A stretch of DNA of 64,000 bases from Candidatus Parcubacteria bacterium (lineage in GTDB: Bacteria; Patescibacteriota; Saccharimonadia; UBA4664; JBIOIQ01). Shown piece by piece: positions 30,253 through 39,652 of the stretch (its first letter is position 1; each line of letters starts with the position of its first letter). Position numbers and translations under genes: made by a program. The notes under the pieces were generated by a model that was not told the origin of the DNA, searched no databases, and saw nothing but the letters and a program-made list of their open reading frames with translations. Location of the stretch: positions 260,396-324,395 of the forward strand of contig OY970378.1 in assembly GCA_963718875.1 (NCBI GenBank), read 5' to 3'.

Positions 30253-30665
30253 TGGATGATGATGGTTCCATGCGCTGACGGGTTGATATGATCGTGAAAG
30301 CCAAAACTGCCCTTCGTTTTAATCATAATCCTTGCGCTCCGGCCGGGCAATATGCTGAGAACAAACTTGCCGGAGGACACCTCACGATTGCCGGTATGCA
30401 CGGGGTGAGGATCGGCCCCAATCTCCACTTCTTTGTTTGTTTGATTGACCCAAGTAACGCTTTCTCCTGCCGTAAGACGTGTGCAGAGTGGCGTAACCTT
30501 GCCGGATTGGAATATTATTCTGGGCTCCTCATTGTGAGCGCTGGCGATACCGGGGGCACAACCGGATTTGGGCACGCGGTTGATCAGCCAAAAGGCTCCC
30601 AGCCAAAGGGCAACCACTGCAGGTAGAAAGAGCCAACTTCTTTGTTTTTGCGGTTTCTTGTTCAC
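30249..30665 (-). CDS. Cupredoxin-domain protein
   Basis: GESVTWVN, DPHPVHT and GFHDHINP...GTIIIQ motifs; N-terminal TM; start approximate. Confidence 0.75.
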   Translation of the reverse strand: MNKKPQKQRSWLFLPAVVALWLGAFWLINRVPKSGCAPGIASAHNEEPRIIFQSGKVTPLCTRLTAGESVTWVNQTNKEVEIGADPHPVHTGNREVSSGKFVLSILPGRSARIMIKTKGSFGFHDHINPSAHGTIIIQ

Positions 30666-30865
30666 TCCATAAACATAACATATTGCCCTGGGTGGCCAAA
30701 ACAAGACCAATAAGGTATAAGAAAATCAGCATAAAAAACCCGACTACGGTAGGACTGAAAGCACTGTTCAGAAAGCTCCTGCTCGCTTCTTAGACGGGCA
30801 AGTTCTCCTGGGAGATTACAAAAAGAGATTTTTACGTGTTTGATAAGGTGGTTCGGACGAACGGT

Positions 30866-31070
30866 TTATACCTTAAAATCTTCATTTCTAAGTTGTGATT
30901 GACGAAGAATGGATCGAAAAGTTCCCAGCGGAATTTCTTTCTTGCCGGCTGGAATGATAACAGTAAGATTGGCTTTGCGATATTTGGCATGACTACCTTT
31001 GGAAAACAAAAATAAAGCCCTTGGCTTCTAAGACTTTGATCATGTGTCGAGACGAATAAAGTTTAGGCAC
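30866..31070 (-). pseudogene. hicA: HicA-family toxin, frameshifted
   Basis: VPKLYSSRHMIKVLEAKGFIFV / KGSHAKY...VIIPAGKKEIPLGTFRSILRQ; frame break near 31000. Confidence 0.8.
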
Positions 31071-31281
31071 TCTGGAGGGTGAGAGTTTTAAAATGAGGAG
31101 CATCTATTACCGAAATATCTGGAGAAAAAGTATTTTCAAAATATAGCTCAAGGGCCTCTTTAAAGCTGTCTAAAGCTTGTTGCTCAGTATCGCCAAAGCT
31201 TGATACGTCAACATTAAGACACTGGGCAACGTAATATTTGCCATCTTTATAAACAACATTTTGTAATTCTAGTTGAGCCAT
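31063..31281 (-). CDS. hicB: HicB-family antitoxin (short)
   Basis: YYVAQCLNVDVSSFGDTEQQALDSFKEALELY. Confidence 0.85.
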   Translation of the reverse strand: MAQLELQNVVYKDGKYYVAQCLNVDVSSFGDTEQQALDSFKEALELYFENTFSPDISVIDAPHFKTLTLQSA

Positions 31282-31318
31282 GTTGAACCCATTATACATG
31301 ATAATAATCATTGATATA

Positions 31319-31344
31319 GGTGGGCTGATTAACGATTTTCGAAC
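31319..31344 (+). repeat. att-like site copy 1 (left part degenerate)
   Basis: GGTGGGCTGATTAACGATTTTCGAAC followed by GGTTTTAGCCTCGTAA. Confidence 0.85.
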
Positions 31345-31418
31345 GGTTTTAGCCTCGTAAAGCAAAGCGCCCTCCATACTGGCAGGGCGCCGAGCGTGGA
31401 GGGCGATGGTGGCTGGGG

Positions 31419-31724
31419 CTACCGATGTAACTCAAAGTCCGTGCCTTTCAGAAGGCTTTCCGCCGCCGAGAAGCAATGGGGAGCATTCCTCACAGGTTGA
31501 CCCGCGAGAACACTCGCCAACGCCTGAGCCGTCATCTGCAGGGCTCCTTGCAAGCTGTGAAGAGGCTGTACCGGCATCACTTCGAACTTCTCGCTGAGGG
31601 GATTGTGGCATTGCCCTTGCTCTGACGCGTTGGGAGCGGGGCAGGTGAGCAGGTCTTCCTCGTCGACCGAGATGAGACCGTGGGTGGTGCACTCCCTGAC
31701 CGGCCAACACCTATCAGCGTCCAT
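31419..31724 (-). CDS. Orphan protein with putative Zn-binding N-terminal domain
   Basis: WPVRECTTHGLISVDE...TCPAP...C, shared with 44849-45226. Confidence 0.75.
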   Translation of the reverse strand: MDADRCWPVRECTTHGLISVDEEDLLTCPAPNASEQGQCHNPLSEKFEVMPVQPLHSLQGALQMTAQALASVLAGQPVRNAPHCFSAAESLLKGTDFELHR

Positions 31725-31726
31725 TA

Positions 31727-31966
31727 TCAGCAGCCCAGATTTGCACGGTTGATGCGTCTGAGGCTGCTACGAAGCGCTTCCTCAGTATAGACCTCGGGTC
31801 CGACGAGACGATCGTCATGGCGGAACTCGATGACGTAGTCTTCGTCACCCTCGTCGCGGTTGATGGCTCCGATCTCCTTTGCAAAGGCGATCACGGCATC
31901 TGGCTCTTCTGGGCCCTCAATGACTACGCAGGGGCAGTCGTATTGGGCTGCGTAACCTTCGTGCAT
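31727..31966 (-). CDS. Acidic orphan hypothetical protein
   Basis: AAGGGAG SD; TTGACT-17-TAATAT promoter about 32019-32047. Confidence 0.65.
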   Translation of the reverse strand: MHEGYAAQYDCPCVVIEGPEEPDAVIAFAKEIGAINRDEGDEDYVIEFRHDDRLVGPEVYTEEALRSSLRRINRANLGC

Positions 31967-32108
31967 GATTCTCCCTTTTGAGGTTGAGGAGTACGGCTGA
32001 AGCAGTTTGGGATAATGAATATTAGCATAAATTTGATCCGAAGTCAATTAAAATTGAACGTAGCAAACAAAAAGAGACCCTACAAGGTCTCTTTAAGCAT
32101 AAGCATAT

Positions 32109-32137
32109 TGGCGGGAGCTGATTAATGATTTTCGAAC
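32109..32137 (+). repeat. att-like site copy 2
   Basis: TGGCGGGAGCTGATTAATGATTTTCGAAC. Confidence 0.9.
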
Positions 32138-32140
32138 TCG

Positions 32141-33241
32141 CTAGAGCCGATCAGAATCAGAGCTTCTAGGGGTTGTGTCGGCCTTATCATTGAGGATACC
32201 AGATAGGATGTTTGTCATTCGGCTATTGGCTTCTTTTAATTGGACCTCTAGGCCTTTTCTTTGTTCTACTTCTTCGAGCACGATGGCTTGGCTTTGTTCT
32301 AATTCGATAGTCCTTGCCTTTAAGGTTTGTTCAGCGCTCCTGCGCTCTGACTCGGTAGCCGCTAAAATGAGAGATGTTGTATAAACCGTAAAAATAAAGA
32401 GATGCAAGAAAATTAAGTTTTGATCAGTCGATTGCCCTATCGAAAAAGGCCCCAATTTATTAACGGTTCCCCAAACCGCCGACATGGATATAAGCAATGT
32501 GGCCGTGACCACCCCGATTTGCTCAAACTTTAGGGCTACCCAGATGAGTAACGGAAAGATGATATAAGGAGCTTCAGTTAAACCGCTGCGTTGCGACTGA
32601 GAAAAAACTAATACGCTTGTGGCCAGAATTAGGGTCAGTAGCAAGCCAAATTGTCTTAATTGCTTGAATGAAAAATGGATTTGGTGGATGCCGCTGTAGA
32701 CCAGTATGAGTGGAGCAAAAATTAGAGCTCCCATGGCATCACCAACCCACCAAACAGCCCAATTTGCCGTAAAAGTCGACCAGGTTACAAGTTTGCCCAA
32801 GGCTAAACTTAGGGTGCCAATGGTGGCACCTACGAGGGGACTAATGAGGGCTGCAACTACAATAAAGACCAATACGTTTTGCAAACCGGATAGTTTTTGG
32901 CTTATCTTGGTCCGGCGTAATAGGTAGGCGCCGGTTAGCGCTTCGAGCGTGTTACCGATGCCAATACCTAATGCCACTGCCACTGGTTCGTGAGTCAAGA
33001 TATTAGCAACAAAGGCTCCCGCTAGGATACTAGGCCAATATTTAAAACCAAGCAAAAATAAGGCGGCAATGGCGATACCGGTGGGAGGCCAGACTGCCGT
33101 TATTTGTTTGGTAGTAAAGGCTAGTGATAAGCCCAATTTGGCTGAGATTACATAGATAAGCACCAACAAAACGGCTTTCATCAAATAGCGGGAATTTAAG
33201 TTGGGAATATGGCTTCTCAAATTACTTAACCGACTAGCCAT
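32141..33241 (-). CDS. MASE1 membrane sensor protein without output domain
   Basis: AVWPPTGIA, GNTLEA, WWVGDAMG, FPLLIW and GPF motifs; short coiled-coil tail. Confidence 0.88.
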   Translation of the reverse strand: MASRLSNLRSHIPNLNSRYLMKAVLLVLIYVISAKLGLSLAFTTKQITAVWPPTGIAIAALFLLGFKYWPSILAGAFVANILTHEPVAVALGIGIGNTLEALTGAYLLRRTKISQKLSGLQNVLVFIVVAALISPLVGATIGTLSLALGKLVTWSTFTANWAVWWVGDAMGALIFAPLILVYSGIHQIHFSFKQLRQFGLLLTLILATSVLVFSQSQRSGLTEAPYIIFPLLIWVALKFEQIGVVTATLLISMSAVWGTVNKLGPFSIGQSTDQNLIFLHLFIFTVYTTSLILAATESERRSAEQTLKARTIELEQSQAIVLEEVEQRKGLEVQLKEANSRMTNILSGILNDKADTTPRSSDSDRL

Positions 33242-33400
33242 TTTATACCTGTTAATTAAATAGTTTGCTAATATCATACTATGCGGCTGTGTTCGACACC
33301 AAAAGAGGCTTCGTAAAGCCTCAGTAGTAGATAACCAGAGCATAAGTATATTTATAAAAAAACAATCTTCAATGTGGCTGCTCGTTTCATTTAACGCGAT

Positions 33401-33420
33401 CTTATTAACGATTTTCGAAC
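33401..33420 (+). repeat. att-like site copy 3 (right half)
   Basis: CTTATTAACGATTTTCGAAC followed by GGTTTTAGCTTCATAA. Confidence 0.85.
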
Positions 33421-33506
33421 GGTTTTAGCTTCATAAAAAGCACTCGGCCACCCAGAGAGCAGCTTTGTGCAGATACTGAGTGGCCATTTTTATTGCAGCC
33501 TTGTAA

Positions 33507-34100
33507 CTAGGATGTCTGATCGAGGAACCTTATTATTGCCCGACGGTAAAACAACATCACAGTGACGATGCTTTGCGAGTGGTTGATTCCGGCCACACGA
33601 TGCACCTTTGCGCCTGCAAGCCGCATGGTGGAAAGCGGCACAAAGTCACGCCAAGGCTCCATGATAAGGGTTCGATTGAGCTGATGATCTGTTAGGAGCC
33701 GTTGGGATTGCTCACAGGCTACGGCTGACTCCTGGAATGCCTCGCTTGATCCTACAGACTTAGCAAATTTTGGTGGTGGGTCACTCATTAGTCGGAGGGC
33801 CCCACAGACGCTTACAACACCTACGAGCTGTGGGCGAGCAGCATAGGCATTAATGATGAGACTTGCACCAGCGCTGATGCCAATAAGGGCTACTGGATCG
33901 CCAGTTGCAAGTAATTCATCGATCACGGCCAGGAGCTTGGCTAATTTAGGCGAATACTTATTACCGTCGCGCCAGCCAACAGCCAAAGGGTAAAGCTGAA
34001 CATCCTTTGTGTTCCATACCTTTGTGAGCAAGGCAGGAAAGTTGAATTTGCCGTCATCGAGTCCAAATACAAGGACAATCCGAAGCTTTCGATTAGACAT
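33507..34100 (-). CDS. Alpha/beta hydrolase-fold protein
   Basis: LIGISAGAS elbow; D and H residues near the C-terminus. Confidence 0.75.
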   Translation of the reverse strand: MSNRKLRIVLVFGLDDGKFNFPALLTKVWNTKDVQLYPLAVGWRDGNKYSPKLAKLLAVIDELLATGDPVALIGISAGASLIINAYAARPQLVGVVSVCGALRLMSDPPPKFAKSVGSSEAFQESAVACEQSQRLLTDHQLNRTLIMEPWRDFVPLSTMRLAGAKVHRVAGINHSQSIVTVMLFYRRAIIRFLDQTS

Positions 34101-34137
34101 GAATGGATTATAACAAAAAAGCTTCAGAAGGGTTCGG

Positions 34138-34190
34138 CCTCATAAAGCACAAGAGCCGCCCAGCAGGCGGTCTTGCGCTGCTGAACGGCT
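34138..34190 (-). repeat. Shared 3' hairpin module G
   Basis: CCTCATAAAGCACAAGAGCCGCCCAGCAGGCGGTCTTGCGCTGCTGAACGGCT, also at 37366-37419. Confidence 0.9.
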
Positions 34191-34252
34191 GTAAAACTGA
34201 GGAACGATCGCTGGTGACTTGCGTGGATCTCCAACTCGGAGCTGGAGCCGTC

Positions 34253-34552
34253 TCAGCTGCCTCGACGGCCAGTCTCGATGTCCAAGCCAGCCTGCTCTCG
34301 GGCTCTTCTGACGTGACCCGAGTACGGCGGCACTTCCTCGACACTCGAGATAACCCCGGCTTCCAGCAGAACACTGGTTACCCAGCAGCCGTGGCAAACC
34401 TCCTTGCAGGCAAGATTATCGTTGTGGAGGCCGTGTTTCAGCCCACTGTGGGCCGTAGCCATGAGAACTCTCATGGCATGCTTGACAGAGGTGGGACTTG
34501 CGGTTTGCAGCATCTGCTCGAGTTCTTGTTGCCTGGTGACAGCGGTAATCAT
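34253..34552 (-). CDS. Orphan protein with H..H..C..C..C cluster
   Basis: AAAGGAG SD; HGLHNDNLACKEVCHGC. Confidence 0.65.
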   Translation of the reverse strand: MITAVTRQQELEQMLQTASPTSVKHAMRVLMATAHSGLKHGLHNDNLACKEVCHGCWVTSVLLEAGVISSVEEVPPYSGHVRRAREQAGLDIETGRRGS

Positions 34553-34618
34553 GCTCGTACTCCTTTGCTAGGCGAACGGAACGAGTGGCAATATTTACGA
34601 CGGTGATGCAAAGAGCGC

Positions 34619-34774
34619 TTAGAGAAAGCTTGTCATTTCCGCGTACTCGAGAGCATGAACTTGGTGGGGGCAGGTTTCGCAGAGGGGCAACCCACAGGTT
34701 GTGGGTGAAGTGCCTTCGAACCGGCACTTCTTAACTGCAGGCTTCCCGCAGGTACAGCGTTTGTTTGTTTCCAT
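34619..34774 (-). CDS. 51-aa Cys-rich zinc-finger-like microprotein (below ORF-track cutoff)
   Basis: GAGGAG SD; METNKRCTCGKPAVKKCRFEGTSPTTCGLPLCETCPHQVHALEYAEMTSFL. Confidence 0.7.
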   Translation of the reverse strand: METNKRCTCGKPAVKKCRFEGTSPTTCGLPLCETCPHQVHALEYAEMTSFL

Positions 34775-34879
34775 AAGTCTCCTCGTGTGCTCGACGTGGT
34801 GAGTGAAGCTTGGTTTATTTATACTCCAGATAAGTCATTATTCAAGCACGAGCGTATTGGTAAAATCTGCTTGCCGATT

Positions 34880-34901
34880 AGCTAATTAACGATTTTCGAA
34901 C
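34880..34901 (+). repeat. att-like site copy 4 (right half)
   Basis: AGCTAATTAACGATTTTCGAAC. Confidence 0.85.
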
Positions 34902-34963
34902 TTTGATTCTATGGCGGGCCGTTCCGTCAACTGACGGAGGAGCAGGTTAGAACTCATTTTCTG

Positions 34964-35527
34964 TTAAGCGCTCTGGGCAAGTAGAACAACAAAGAATATG
35001 CCCAGTACATTTAAAAGATACGATACAGCCAAAAAATGGGTGTTATTCATTTTAGAAGCACCTATTAGGCTTACGCCTAGCTCGTCTGGTAGTGGAGAGG
35101 CGATGATTAAGGCTCCTGACAACGGAAGTAGCCAGGCAAAGTAGGGTGTTTTAAAAAGTCGCTTCAGTTTTGGAGTGCCAACTTTTGCCAGGTAGGGCTT
35201 AAGCTCTTTTGTTACCTTGTCTCGGATGAATCTAAAAATAATGTAATCGCCCAGCATTGATCCTATACCAGCTACAATAGCGATTTCGAGTGGGTTGAGA
35301 TGTTTGGCAAGTTCAAACAGGACGTATCCAGCTGGGAGCACGGTATAGGTGGAAACAAAGAGAAAGCCTGCAACAAGTGCTCCGATGTATCCAAGAGAAC
35401 CAAGTCCTTGGATGAGTCCGGCTACTTCAGATGTTTTTGCTAGGAAATAAAAAACAATCATGCCTAGTAGAAGTAGGAATGTGTTTTTAAAACCCCATCC
35501 TCTCCATTTACCTAAAAGCATATCCAT
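34964..35527 (-). CDS. Membrane protein (DedA/SNARE-associated-like)
   Basis: LGYIGALVAG, GSMLGDYIIFRF and IIASPLPDELG motifs. Confidence 0.7.
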   Translation of the reverse strand: MDMLLGKWRGWGFKNTFLLLLGMIVFYFLAKTSEVAGLIQGLGSLGYIGALVAGFLFVSTYTVLPAGYVLFELAKHLNPLEIAIVAGIGSMLGDYIIFRFIRDKVTKELKPYLAKVGTPKLKRLFKTPYFAWLLPLSGALIIASPLPDELGVSLIGASKMNNTHFLAVSYLLNVLGIFFVVLLAQSA

Positions 35528-35680
35528 AATTAAAGTTTACCATGATACAAAAAAGCATAGTAAAGGCTTAATAATTGCTGATGGGTTGTAACTGCCTAAA
35601 AATTGTTAAGCCAGGAAGTCTTTGAACGCTACAGTCGCATAAGCGTCTTTTGTGCTACCTTATTAGCATGAGTGTATTAG

Positions 35681-37201
35681 GTGATTAATGTAAGCAGCAT
35701 AGAAAAAGCTTTTTGGGAGCTGAACGCAGATGATGGTACGGGTTTGCGTACAAGTACAGGCTTGTTTTATAACCATACTGTTTTTGCTCGTGATGTGGCT
35801 ATGATTGCACGATGGATTTTACCCTTGGGTAAAAATTATCAGCAAGTGAGCAGGGAAGTAATTCTGACTTTGTGTTGGCACCAAGGAGTGGAAACCAATC
35901 CTCGGGCTGAAGAGCAGCCAGGACGAATCCATAATGAGTACCGAAAGTTTTCTGCTTGGCAGGCTCCTATGGGAGTAAAAACAATTGGTCGGTTGGTGTC
36001 ATTGCTGTGGGGCGGGAATTTGCATGAGTATACCAGCTATATTGCTGTGGATACGACGCCGTTGTTTGTTCAATTGGTTTGCGCCTATGCGACGCAAGTT
36101 GATCGAGGCATTTTGGACGAAGTGGCGGTACGACACGACGGTCGCGAGGTGAGGGTAGGGCAGTGCTTGAAAGAAGCAATAGACTGGATAGTACATCATC
36201 GCCAGGGTTATGGCCTAATCGCAAACGCCCGCAGTAACCCATTGAGCTTGTATTATGAGGTTTGGAAGGATTCTCATACAGCTCTAATTCACAATAATGG
36301 CCGCTTAGCCTCATTGTCTCGTCCGGTGGCATACTTAGATACACAATTATTGGCAGTTGATGCGCTGCGTGCAGCTGCCGGTTTGCTAGCAGCTGAAAAT
36401 TTAGAATCTAGTCAGTCTTGGCTCAAAATTGCCGATGAGCTGGTGGAGGTAACATTGGAGCGTTTTTGGGAACCAGGGGAGCAGCGGTTTTACGCGGCCT
36501 TGGACCATGATCGGCAGGGTAAATGGAGGCCAGTTATGGCTGAGGGCTCTAACTCAGGATGGTTGCTCGACAGTACTTTTTTTGACAATCTAGAGGGTAA
36601 ACCGTATATGGAAGCGATTGTCAGGCAATTGTTGGGACCGGACTTTTTGACTCCAGCAGGAATCAGGGCGAGGGCAGTTGGTTCAGATAAATGGATTAAG
36701 GCAGCTGATTATCACGGTTCGCACACGGTATGGCCGGTGGATAATTATGTCTTTGCAAGGGGTTTGCGCCGTCAGGGACTACCGCAACTAGCTGAAGTCG
36801 TGGAGCAACGTTTATTACGAGCTGTAGAGAAAGCGGGGGCTTTCTATGAGTACTTTTTGGTTGCTTCAGATGGTCGGGTTGTGTACGAGCCTCATCGTGT
36901 GGTTAAGGAGCGCTATCAGTCACGTTATCGTCGTTTGCCCCGGATGCCTGTGCAGATACTCCCGGAGCGTCAGCTAGCTTGGACAATTTCGGCTTGTTTG
37001 CTCATACAAAAAGGGAGTACGCAAGCTGCTCCCTCTAATACATGGGCGCAGGCGTTGCAGGAGAAGCTGGTGCCACATTTGCTTGAAGTGGAGACAGAAA
37101 ATGATGAAGTTCCGTTTGTTCCAGCCCTCTACCGAGGTGCCGGACGCATAACTCAGATAGCGATCGAGCAATGGGTGCGCGAATATATTTTTCGACGCTA
37201 A
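35681..37201 (+). CDS. Amylo-alpha-1,6-glucosidase / glycogen debranching-like protein
   Basis: FARD, EEQPGRIHNE, DTTPLF, WKDS and YHGSHTVWPVDN motifs. Confidence 0.85.
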   Translation: MINVSSIEKAFWELNADDGTGLRTSTGLFYNHTVFARDVAMIARWILPLGKNYQQVSREVILTLCWHQGVETNPRAEEQPGRIHNEYRKFSAWQAPMGVKTIGRLVSLLWGGNLHEYTSYIAVDTTPLFVQLVCAYATQVDRGILDEVAVRHDGREVRVGQCLKEAIDWIVHHRQGYGLIANARSNPLSLYYEVWKDSHTALIHNNGRLASLSRPVAYLDTQLLAVDALRAAAGLLAAENLESSQSWLKIADELVEVTLERFWEPGEQRFYAALDHDRQGKWRPVMAEGSNSGWLLDSTFFDNLEGKPYMEAIVRQLLGPDFLTPAGIRARAVGSDKWIKAADYHGSHTVWPVDNYVFARGLRRQGLPQLAEVVEQRLLRAVEKAGAFYEYFLVASDGRVVYEPHRVVKERYQSRYRRLPRMPVQILPERQLAWTISACLLIQKGSTQAAPSNTWAQALQEKLVPHLLEVETENDEVPFVPALYRGAGRITQIAIEQWVREYIFRR

Positions 37202-37215
37202 TATTTTGCAACCAC

Positions 37216-37365
37216 GGGCAGTTGGTAGGACGCCTATGAGGTAGCGGAGATGTATTTGAGGATGACCAGGATGGTGACTTCGAAAGCTTCGAAGTACTTC
37301 TCCAGGGCTAACTGCATTTCAAGCCGCAGCTTCTCCAGCAGTCCCGGCGTCAACTCGAAGCCCCA
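37216..37365 (-). pseudogene. 3' fragment duplicate of gene 26903-27277
   Basis: 150 bp nearly identical to 26885-27034, truncated exactly where module G begins. Confidence 0.85.
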
Positions 37366-37418
37366 CCTCATAAAAGCACAAGAGCCGCCCAGCAGGCGGT
37401 CTTGCGCTGCTGAACGGC

Positions 37419-37922
37419 TTATAGATCAGATGGGCAGCCGTGGACGGCCAAGCTCTTGTTCTTGTAGCGGGGGTCGTCGGTGACTTCGATCGCTTCTCCG
37501 AAGAGCTCCACCGGGAACACATATGCCTCCGCTTCGGCCCTAAGGGCTACTTCATCTTCGGGAGGCCCAACCCATTCGGCTTCGACCATCTGCAGGCCCC
37601 AGAGAGGACCATAAAAAATATCCCATTCTAGGGTGGGTGGCCCTGGGATGGAGACTCTCAAGCGATTCTTTTGGATCATGTTCGAGGTCGAGAGGACAAG
37701 TTGGTTGAAGACCCACTCGGGAATTTCCACTTCCCATTCGGAGCGGCTGATGGTCCCGTCACCTTTGACAGTCAGGAAGAACTTTCCGCCCTTGGTTCGA
37801 ATGCGAAGCTCTCCCGGCTCCATGATGATGTAGCCCTGAACAATCTCCTCGCTTCGTAGGCCCGATAGTGTTGCCGGCTTACGGAGAACCCACTTGCGTT
37901 CAATTTCGATCTGGTCAGACAC
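37419..37922 (-). CDS. CYTH-domain protein
   Basis: EIERKW, QGY, LRIR, LTVKG, EWEVEI and VTDDPRYKN motifs; AAGGAG SD before GTG. Confidence 0.9.
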   Translation of the reverse strand: MSDQIEIERKWVLRKPATLSGLRSEEIVQGYIIMEPGELRIRTKGGKFFLTVKGDGTISRSEWEVEIPEWVFNQLVLSTSNMIQKNRLRVSIPGPPTLEWDIFYGPLWGLQMVEAEWVGPPEDEVALRAEAEAYVFPVELFGEAIEVTDDPRYKNKSLAVHGCPSDL

Positions 37923-38497
37923 GACTTCTCCTTGATAGGGGGAGTTCTTATATTGTGCTATTAGGGAGCGGAAAAGCAAGCATGAGCAATTTATTTGCTC
38001 AATAAGCCTACTCGACCTAAATCGCTTTCGGGTAAGCCAAGTACCACAAAGACTTCGTGGATAGTTGGGATCACACTACACTGATCGTCGCGTACGGGTG
38101 GGTAGAGCCAGCCTGAATTCCAGCAGCTTGGTTTCTGATCGCCTGTGGGGGTACAGACGGCTACCAGGTATTCAGCGGTGCTCTCAGTTTTTCTACATAT
38201 TCCTGATCGGTTAAGATAGGGGGCCCTGTGTATGGATAGAGACGGTAACCCGTACGACCTGTTCCTGCTACGGCTGGTCTGTGGATGAGGCGGTAAATAC
38301 CACGTAAAAATCCAAATATCATGTCGGCCTCTCTGTAGGGGTGACATAGGCGGTGTTTTAATAAGATATATCTAAACTGCTATGAGCACAAGAATTCTGC
38401 ATTATAAAGTGAAAACCCCGCTGGTTGCGAGGCTCACTTTGCGGGTGATTCTTGCTTTTGCGGGGTGTTTGTGACGGTCTGACCGTCGTGTTGCGAA

Positions 38498-38932
38498 CTA
38501 CGTCGGGTCGATTCTGGCCTTTGCGTATCTACGGCCGTACTCCTCGGCGCCACTCAGGACTTCGGCGATGTGGGGGTCTTTATCCGACAGCCTTTCCAGA
38601 TGGAGCTTCACGGTGTCTCGTGCGTTGGTCTGATTGACGAACCATTCCACGCACCTCACCCGCGCCTTGTCGCTGTCGGCGGTGATGATATCGCCCTCAC
38701 GAGGTGGGATGGGGAAGCCGTTGACTGGGTAGGGGTCATCCGTCAGACGAGGATCCTGCCCGATAAGCGGCAACAACCACAAGCATGGGTACCTGCTGCC
38801 GCCCTCCACGATCCATTCCACCTGCGCCACGATGTAGGTGAACTCGGCGATGTGGAAGATGTCACCCCTAGAGGGAACTGCATCCATCTCACGGGTACCG
38901 GCACTATATCCGGTTGTGGTATCAACTCTCAT
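38498..38932 (-). CDS. Orphan protein with internally duplicated small beta domain
   Basis: VPSRGDIFHI...VAQVEWIV and PPREGDIITA...VRCVEWFV; AGGAG SD. Confidence 0.7.
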   Translation of the reverse strand: MRVDTTTGYSAGTREMDAVPSRGDIFHIAEFTYIVAQVEWIVEGGSRYPCLWLLPLIGQDPRLTDDPYPVNGFPIPPREGDIITADSDKARVRCVEWFVNQTNARDTVKLHLERLSDKDPHIAEVLSGAEEYGRRYAKARIDPT

Positions 38933-39215
38933 CGGAGGCTCCTGTCTCGGCTTTCTTCTGCCATGCAGAGAGGGCGCAAGCGAGAAGGTAGTCTGCAAGG
39001 ACGGCAGCCATTGGGGTGCTCGTTTGAGGAATTTCCACGGGTACTCCGGCTTTGTTGTCTGCTTCGACTAACTCACGGATGAGATCCCACCGCTCGTCGT
39101 CGGTCAAAAAACGAAGAGCCAGAATTGCAGGTCCGTTGTCGGGATCGGGGTGACTGTGGCCACGGGCTTTGATCTCTTGGGCTTTGGCCATCAAGGCTTC
39201 GAGGTGTTGTCCCAT
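38922..39215 (-). CDS. Orphan hypothetical protein
   Basis: Coupled to the downstream ORF; follows leader module I. Confidence 0.65.
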   Translation of the reverse strand: MGQHLEALMAKAQEIKARGHSHPDPDNGPAILALRFLTDDERWDLIRELVEADNKAGVPVEIPQTSTPMAAVLADYLLACALSAWQKKAETGASDES

Positions 39216-39233
39216 TATATTCAAACCTCTGTC

Positions 39234-39290
39234 TCCACCGGATGAGAGCGCACCGGTCAACGCATTCAGAACGAATTGACAACTATACTA
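39234..39290 (-). promoter_or_regulatory. Shared 5' leader module I
   Basis: TCCACCGGATGARAGCGCACCGGTCMACGCATTCAGAACGAATTGAYAACTATRCTA, also at 46628-46684. Confidence 0.8.
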
Positions 39291-39652
39291 TTTAATCCTG
39301 CTTAATGCAAGCACGAGCAATTTAGTTGTTCAATAATATAACCGAGAAAGTATTTACAAAGCAAGAAAATGCAAGCAGGGAAGTTTACGTGTCCTAATTC
39401 AATGGCAGCTTCAGCGAGCTCAATGCTGCGGTGGAAGCTGTATGGGTGATAGCACTTTTTGTATTGTTTGATTATTGGTACACTGTGCGTGAGATCAAGG
39501 TGTTTCCAATTTTGCTCATGCTTATGTAATATAGAAATATCCTTTGTACGCTTCAAATAAGTACCAACTTCGCCTTGGCAGATTGGGCATTAATTGTTAA
39601 CGCTCAGCCTGCCGAGAGTCCGGACCGTCCGGACACGCGGAGGAGGATTGAT

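Noticed and set aside
37991-38347. 118-aa ORF
   Set aside because: No recognisable motif or SD; possibly a decayed cassette gene, not supportable.
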